DNA of 64,000 nucleotides from a virus: IMG/VR virus record IMGVR_UViG_3300036770_001537. One strand, given 5' to 3'. The position numbers were made by a program, and so were the translations under genes. Shown here in pieces: positions 60,067 through 64,000 of this stretch (its first letter is position 1; every line of letters begins with the position of its first letter). Below the pieces are notes generated by a model. The model saw only the letters and a program-made list of their open reading frames with translations, did not search any database and was not told where the DNA came from.

Positions 60067-60503
60067 TAAAAGTCATTTACCGTTTCTAATGGTGTTTCTA
60101 GAACTTCTTCTTTAATTTCTTTTTTCTTCTTTGGTTTTCCGGTAGTGATTTCTATAATCTGATTCTGTAATTTTTGAATTTCTTCATCCTTGGAAGAAAT
60201 CTTCAGTTTCATTTGCCCCATTTGATTCATTAGAGTGTCCATATGAGACAGTTTATTTTTCATAGCATTATAAGAATCTTCCATAATTTTAGCATCATCT
60301 AAAGTTTTTTTACTGTTTTCGTTGATGCTTTTTTGATTCTCAAGTTCTGCTTGAATTTCTAAGATTTTTTGTTCTCTGTCAGCGACCAAATCAGAAGCAA
60401 CTTTTAACTGTGCTTGTGATTGAATATATTTAATATTCAGTTCATTAATAGTCGCCACACAAGTATCGATGTAAGCATTTACATATCTATTAGCATCACT
60501 CAT
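60066..60503 (-). CDS. Coiled-coil hypothetical protein
   Basis: Heptad-rich sequence. Confidence 0.6.
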   Translation of the reverse strand: MSDANRYVNAYIDTCVATINELNIKYIQSQAQLKVASDLVADREQKILEIQAELENQKSINENSKKTLDDAKIMEDSYNAMKNKLSHMDTLMNQMGQMKLKISSKDEEIQKLQNQIIEITTGKPKKKKEIKEEVLETPLETVNDF

Positions 60504-60515
60504 AATATTTCTCCG

Positions 60516-62102
60516 TTAAAAATTTCCCCCGTCGAGCATTCCGAACTGTGGAATACCGGAAGCACCTGCTTGTAAAACTTGTCCTTCAGTACCAGCAGAA
60601 GTTATGTTAATTGGTCCAGAAGTATTACCATATAAAATTCCATTTTGTGTGAATGAACTTCTGCCCGTTCCACCATATGTAACCTGAACGATATCAGCAT
60701 TCCAAGTACCAGATACTATTGTTCCAAGTCCTGTAATACCAGAATAATCTCCTGTCACTCTACCAGATGGAATGGTTCCGACTGTTAAGAATGAAGCATT
60801 ACCGGCATTTACATTCGCAGTGTTTGCTTTATCGTAAGCTGTGTTGGCTGTTAATTGAGCGGCATTTGCTGAATCATATGCAGAGTTGGAATTTAAGAAT
60901 GCACCATTGGCTGCATTATAAGCAACATTTGCAGTTAATAGACCAGCATTAGCAGCAGCAAATGAAACATTAGAATTTAAGAATGCAGCATTAGCAGCAT
61001 TGAATCCAACATTAGAATTTAAGAATGCAGCATTAGCAGCATCAAATGAAACATTAGAATTTAAGAATGCAGCATTACCAGCAGCAAATGCAGCATTTGC
61101 TGCATCATATGATGATCTGATCCACACTGTTGTATTTGTACCAGATAGAATTAGATTTGTTGTTCTAATGTCTGCATTCAACACTGCAAGAGTAAAGTTA
61201 TTTCCATTTGGATCAATGTGATTATTGATTGGTTCTTCATTATATTCTTGGAAGATATAATATTCTTTGGTAGAATGATCTCTATAAACACCAGTGTGAA
61301 CATTTTGTCCTGTGGAATTGACATAGTTGGCAATAAAACCAATATCAACTATGTCGGAAACATAGTTATTACCAGCAAGATAGATTAGTGGATCAGATAC
61401 TCTTAGTGTTTCAGAGTCTACAACATATGTGTTACCAGAAATTACAAGATCACCAACGATAGAAACGTCACCAGTTACTGTACCACCTGATGTTGAAAGT
61501 CGTGTATTAGAATCATCGAATGCCGAATTTGCTGTAATATATGCAGAATTAGCAGCATTGAATCCTACATTAGAGTTTAGAAAAGCAGCATTAGCAGCAT
61601 CATATGCAGTATTTGCTGTCAATTGTCCGGCATTAGCTGAATTATATGCAGAGTTGGAATTTAGAAAAGCTGCATTCGCAGCATTGAATCCAACATTAGA
61701 ATTTAAGAATGCAGCATTAGCAGCAGCAAATGAAACATTAGAATTTAAGAATGCGGCATTAGCAGCATTGAATCCAACATTAGAATTTAAGAATGCAGCA
61801 TTCGCAGCATTGAATCCAACATTAGAATTTAAGAATGCAGCATTAGCAGCATCAAAGATTAGATTTGATGAAGTGAATCCAGTGTTTGCAGTCAAAAATG
61901 CTGCATTTGCAACATTGAAAATTGTGTTTGATAAATCTACATAAAACTTACCACCAATTGCTATGACACCAGAGCCATCAGATGTTCCTATGAATAATTT
62001 TTCTGAGAGATATGAATATGCTGGTTCAGCAGCAGTTAATGTGCCAGACGTAGGAACAGTAGTGGTGCTTGATCTTTTGATCTGAATTATTGTATTTGCC
62101 AT
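60516..62102 (-). CDS. Fibre protein with 14-aa AANAAFLNSNVxFx coiled-coil repeats
   Basis: IQIKRS, AEPAYS N-terminus; ends LDGGNF. Confidence 0.8.
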   Translation of the reverse strand: MANTIIQIKRSSTTTVPTSGTLTAAEPAYSYLSEKLFIGTSDGSGVIAIGGKFYVDLSNTIFNVANAAFLTANTGFTSSNLIFDAANAAFLNSNVGFNAANAAFLNSNVGFNAANAAFLNSNVSFAAANAAFLNSNVGFNAANAAFLNSNSAYNSANAGQLTANTAYDAANAAFLNSNVGFNAANSAYITANSAFDDSNTRLSTSGGTVTGDVSIVGDLVISGNTYVVDSETLRVSDPLIYLAGNNYVSDIVDIGFIANYVNSTGQNVHTGVYRDHSTKEYYIFQEYNEEPINNHIDPNGNNFTLAVLNADIRTTNLILSGTNTTVWIRSSYDAANAAFAAGNAAFLNSNVSFDAANAAFLNSNVGFNAANAAFLNSNVSFAAANAGLLTANVAYNAANGAFLNSNSAYDSANAAQLTANTAYDKANTANVNAGNASFLTVGTIPSGRVTGDYSGITGLGTIVSGTWNADIVQVTYGGTGRSSFTQNGILYGNTSGPINITSAGTEGQVLQAGASGIPQFGMLDGGNF

Positions 62103-62103
62103 T

Positions 62104-62331
62104 TCAGAAAGTTCCTCCGTTTACGATTGGCAATTCTTTGATCACATATTTTCCTGTTGCTGAATCATAAACCAAGGTGTCATTATTATCTGGTGATGAT
62201 GCATCAACATCTATCAAACCCGATAATTTATTTCCTGAAGAAATTCCTATAGATCGTATAATCGATCTTTGTTGATTGTTTATAGAAACTCTATTTTTTG
62301 GTGTTGAAGTTACTGTTACTTTTGTGCCCAT
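62104..62331 (-). CDS. Small structural protein
   Basis: LSGLIDVD...TLVYDSATGKY...NGGTF. Confidence 0.6.
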   Translation of the reverse strand: MGTKVTVTSTPKNRVSINNQQRSIIRSIGISSGNKLSGLIDVDASSPDNNDTLVYDSATGKYVIKELPIVNGGTF

Positions 62332-62369
62332 TTTACTTTGTGACCGATTTTAAATTGCTTTTAGATTTC

Positions 62370-62708
62370 TCATCTCGTGCAAGAAGGAGAAATTGTTATG
62401 ATACCTTCAAGTATTCTACTTACAGAATTTGCATCATCAGTAGATTTCACATCAAACACATATCTTCCGGGTTTTATATTAGCAGTATTTGAAGCTGACA
62501 TAGACATAGTAACTTCTCCATTAGCAGCATTTGTTATAGTGCATACTATATTTGCTGTGATGTTTGCTGAATAATATGATCGTCTTACTTGACTTTCGAA
62601 AGAATATCCTGAAATATTCACAGCAGCATTCGTAACATCATCTGTAATGTTGATGACATTATTAAATGTTGTTCCTTGATCTACTACCAATTCTACGTAT
62701 GCTGCCAT
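62370..62708 (-). CDS. Conserved virion protein (BppU-like adaptor)
   Basis: VDQGTTF, GRYVFDV, RILEGIITISP. Confidence 0.65.
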   Translation of the reverse strand: MAAYVELVVDQGTTFNNVINITDDVTNAAVNISGYSFESQVRRSYYSANITANIVCTITNAANGEVTMSMSASNTANIKPGRYVFDVKSTDDANSVSRILEGIITISPSCTR

Positions 62709-62912
62709 TTATCTTGATAGACCTTTTAATAATTGTTTGATTTCTTCCATATCAGATTTCAAAGATGAAAGATCATTTTCAAGTTTTATCAATTTCATAT
62801 CTTTCATCTTCGATTTTTTATATGATATCAAAGCGTCCTTATCTTTATTTATCAATATTCCATCAGTTACTTTATATATACCTTTAACGTCCGTTTTCAT
62901 TCCTGACATCAT
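62709..62912 (-). CDS. Small coiled-coil protein
   Basis: GILINKD...LKSDMEEIKQLL; usual neighbour of the large structural gene. Confidence 0.6.
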   Translation of the reverse strand: MMSGMKTDVKGIYKVTDGILINKDKDALISYKKSKMKDMKLIKLENDLSSLKSDMEEIKQLLKGLSR

Positions 62913-62917
62913 ACACC

Positions 62918-64000
62918 TCACAATTGTAGTGCAATAGCACGTAAATCTGTCACTCTAGGGATTCTAGATGCATCATCTGATCCAAGACCAATTTTTATTG
63001 CATAATGTTTGAATCTAGTGAATTTCTGTCCGCTATCTGAAACATACTCAACTATTCCAGGATCACCAACGCTATCTAATCCAGTCATAACAGATATTGG
63101 GAATTTGAATCCATATTCTATAAAATTATTTTTATTAGACAGTGATGAATATACATCACTTTTATTTATGTAGTCTAATTTGATCCAAGGCCTATCAGAG
63201 AATGCGGTGTCGTCTTCTCCATTAAGGATTTTTACCCAGACATATATTTCGGTTCCGGGTGGTCTATATGCCGTTAAAATAACATTTAAATCCTCAGCAT
63301 CTTGGTCGGTAGCCAACGTAATTTGTTTACTCAAGTATGTATTTATTAGATTGCCGCCTCTAGATAAATCTTCGTTTGTGATATCATTATTTAGAAGATA
63401 ATCTACAAATATTGTATGTGTTCTATTTAAGTCCAAAACAGGGGACACATATTCACTACTGGTTCTCATTGTAGTTCTAATTTGATTAGACTGTAAACCT
63501 CCAAAATCATTAATTTCATCTGTTCTAGAATAGAGTGCTCTTTCGGAATCGAAACCATAATCGTTTCTATCTGAAATATACATGAAATCACCTACAACAG
63601 AAGTGTTAGATATAGATTTCATTTCAAATGAGACAACACATGGAGAAAAGTTCAAATACTGTGGTTCAAATTTAACAGTAGAATACCTTTGTCTATCTAT
63701 AGATTCTACATTGAATTGTTGTCCAGAATATAGTCCTCTAATAGTATCGTTTGCTAATATAATTCCATTTGAATCTTTTAATCTAATTCTGTAATCTGGA
63801 TTATTATCATCAAATTTATAAAGAGTTGCAAAAGTATTCGCGATTGATACTACATTAGCGGTTACTCCCTTAGATACTAAATTTGATCCATAATATGCAG
63901 TGACTGTCTCTCCTATTTCAAATCCACTATTGGACATTATATAGAGTGGTGATGATGCTGTTAATACTATAGAGTTGGCGGTTGAATTTGCTCCTACCAA
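62918..64000 (-). CDS. C-terminus of a large virion structural protein (VrlC/DUF4815-like), partial
   Basis: VSPVLDL, YLSKQITL, AYRPPGT, FKHYAIKI, PRVTDLRAIAL. Confidence 0.75.
   Translation of the reverse strand: MVGANSTANSIVLTASSPLYIMSNSGFEIGETVTAYYGSNLVSKGVTANVVSIANTFATLYKFDDNNPDYRIRLKDSNGIILANDTIRGLYSGQQFNVESIDRQRYSTVKFEPQYLNFSPCVVSFEMKSISNTSVVGDFMYISDRNDYGFDSERALYSRTDEINDFGGLQSNQIRTTMRTSSEYVSPVLDLNRTHTIFVDYLLNNDITNEDLSRGGNLINTYLSKQITLATDQDAEDLNVILTAYRPPGTEIYVWVKILNGEDDTAFSDRPWIKLDYINKSDVYSSLSNKNNFIEYGFKFPISVMTGLDSVGDPGIVEYVSDSGQKFTRFKHYAIKIGLGSDDASRIPRVTDLRAIALQL

Noticed and set aside
1-64000. Stop-codon reassignment or tRNA genes
   Set aside because: Core genes are full length under code 11, and no tRNA-like sequence was recognised by eye

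Overview
Low-GC segment of a large T4-like myophage genome, with almost all genes on the minus strand. A Usg-family gene, an IbpA-type hsp20 with a ROSE-like leader and a DsbA/GapR-like gene suggest an alphaproteobacterial host (inference). In window order it holds: a glycan-modification cluster (HtrL-like, GT10, two methyltransferase-like genes, GDP-sugar epimerase, GT-A/GT2); a multi-domain lysin; hsp20; a tailspike/PAAR module; dUTPase; regA-gp62-gp44-gp45; dNMP kinase; a MoxR/CobS AAA+ and VWA pair; gp46/47; gp55; uvsW/uvsY; gp3; the head, tail and neck module (gp23-gp13); and a tail-fibre cluster. There are seven free-standing homing-endonuclease-like genes and a class-3-type intein in gp17. 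The most notable unexplained signals are: (1) a two-hairpin element with covarying stems, bracketed by convergent late promoters, that folds on the strand antisense to the 5' end of two GIY-YIG-like genes; (2) an exact 53-bp antisense sigma70-type promoter unit found twice, 18 kb apart; (3) apparent ACG and ATA start codons; (4) a relic gp46 5' end upstream of an endonuclease insertion; (5) an ART-fold gene and several capsid-targeting-like proteins in the head module. All calls come from reading motifs by eye; no database searches were run.
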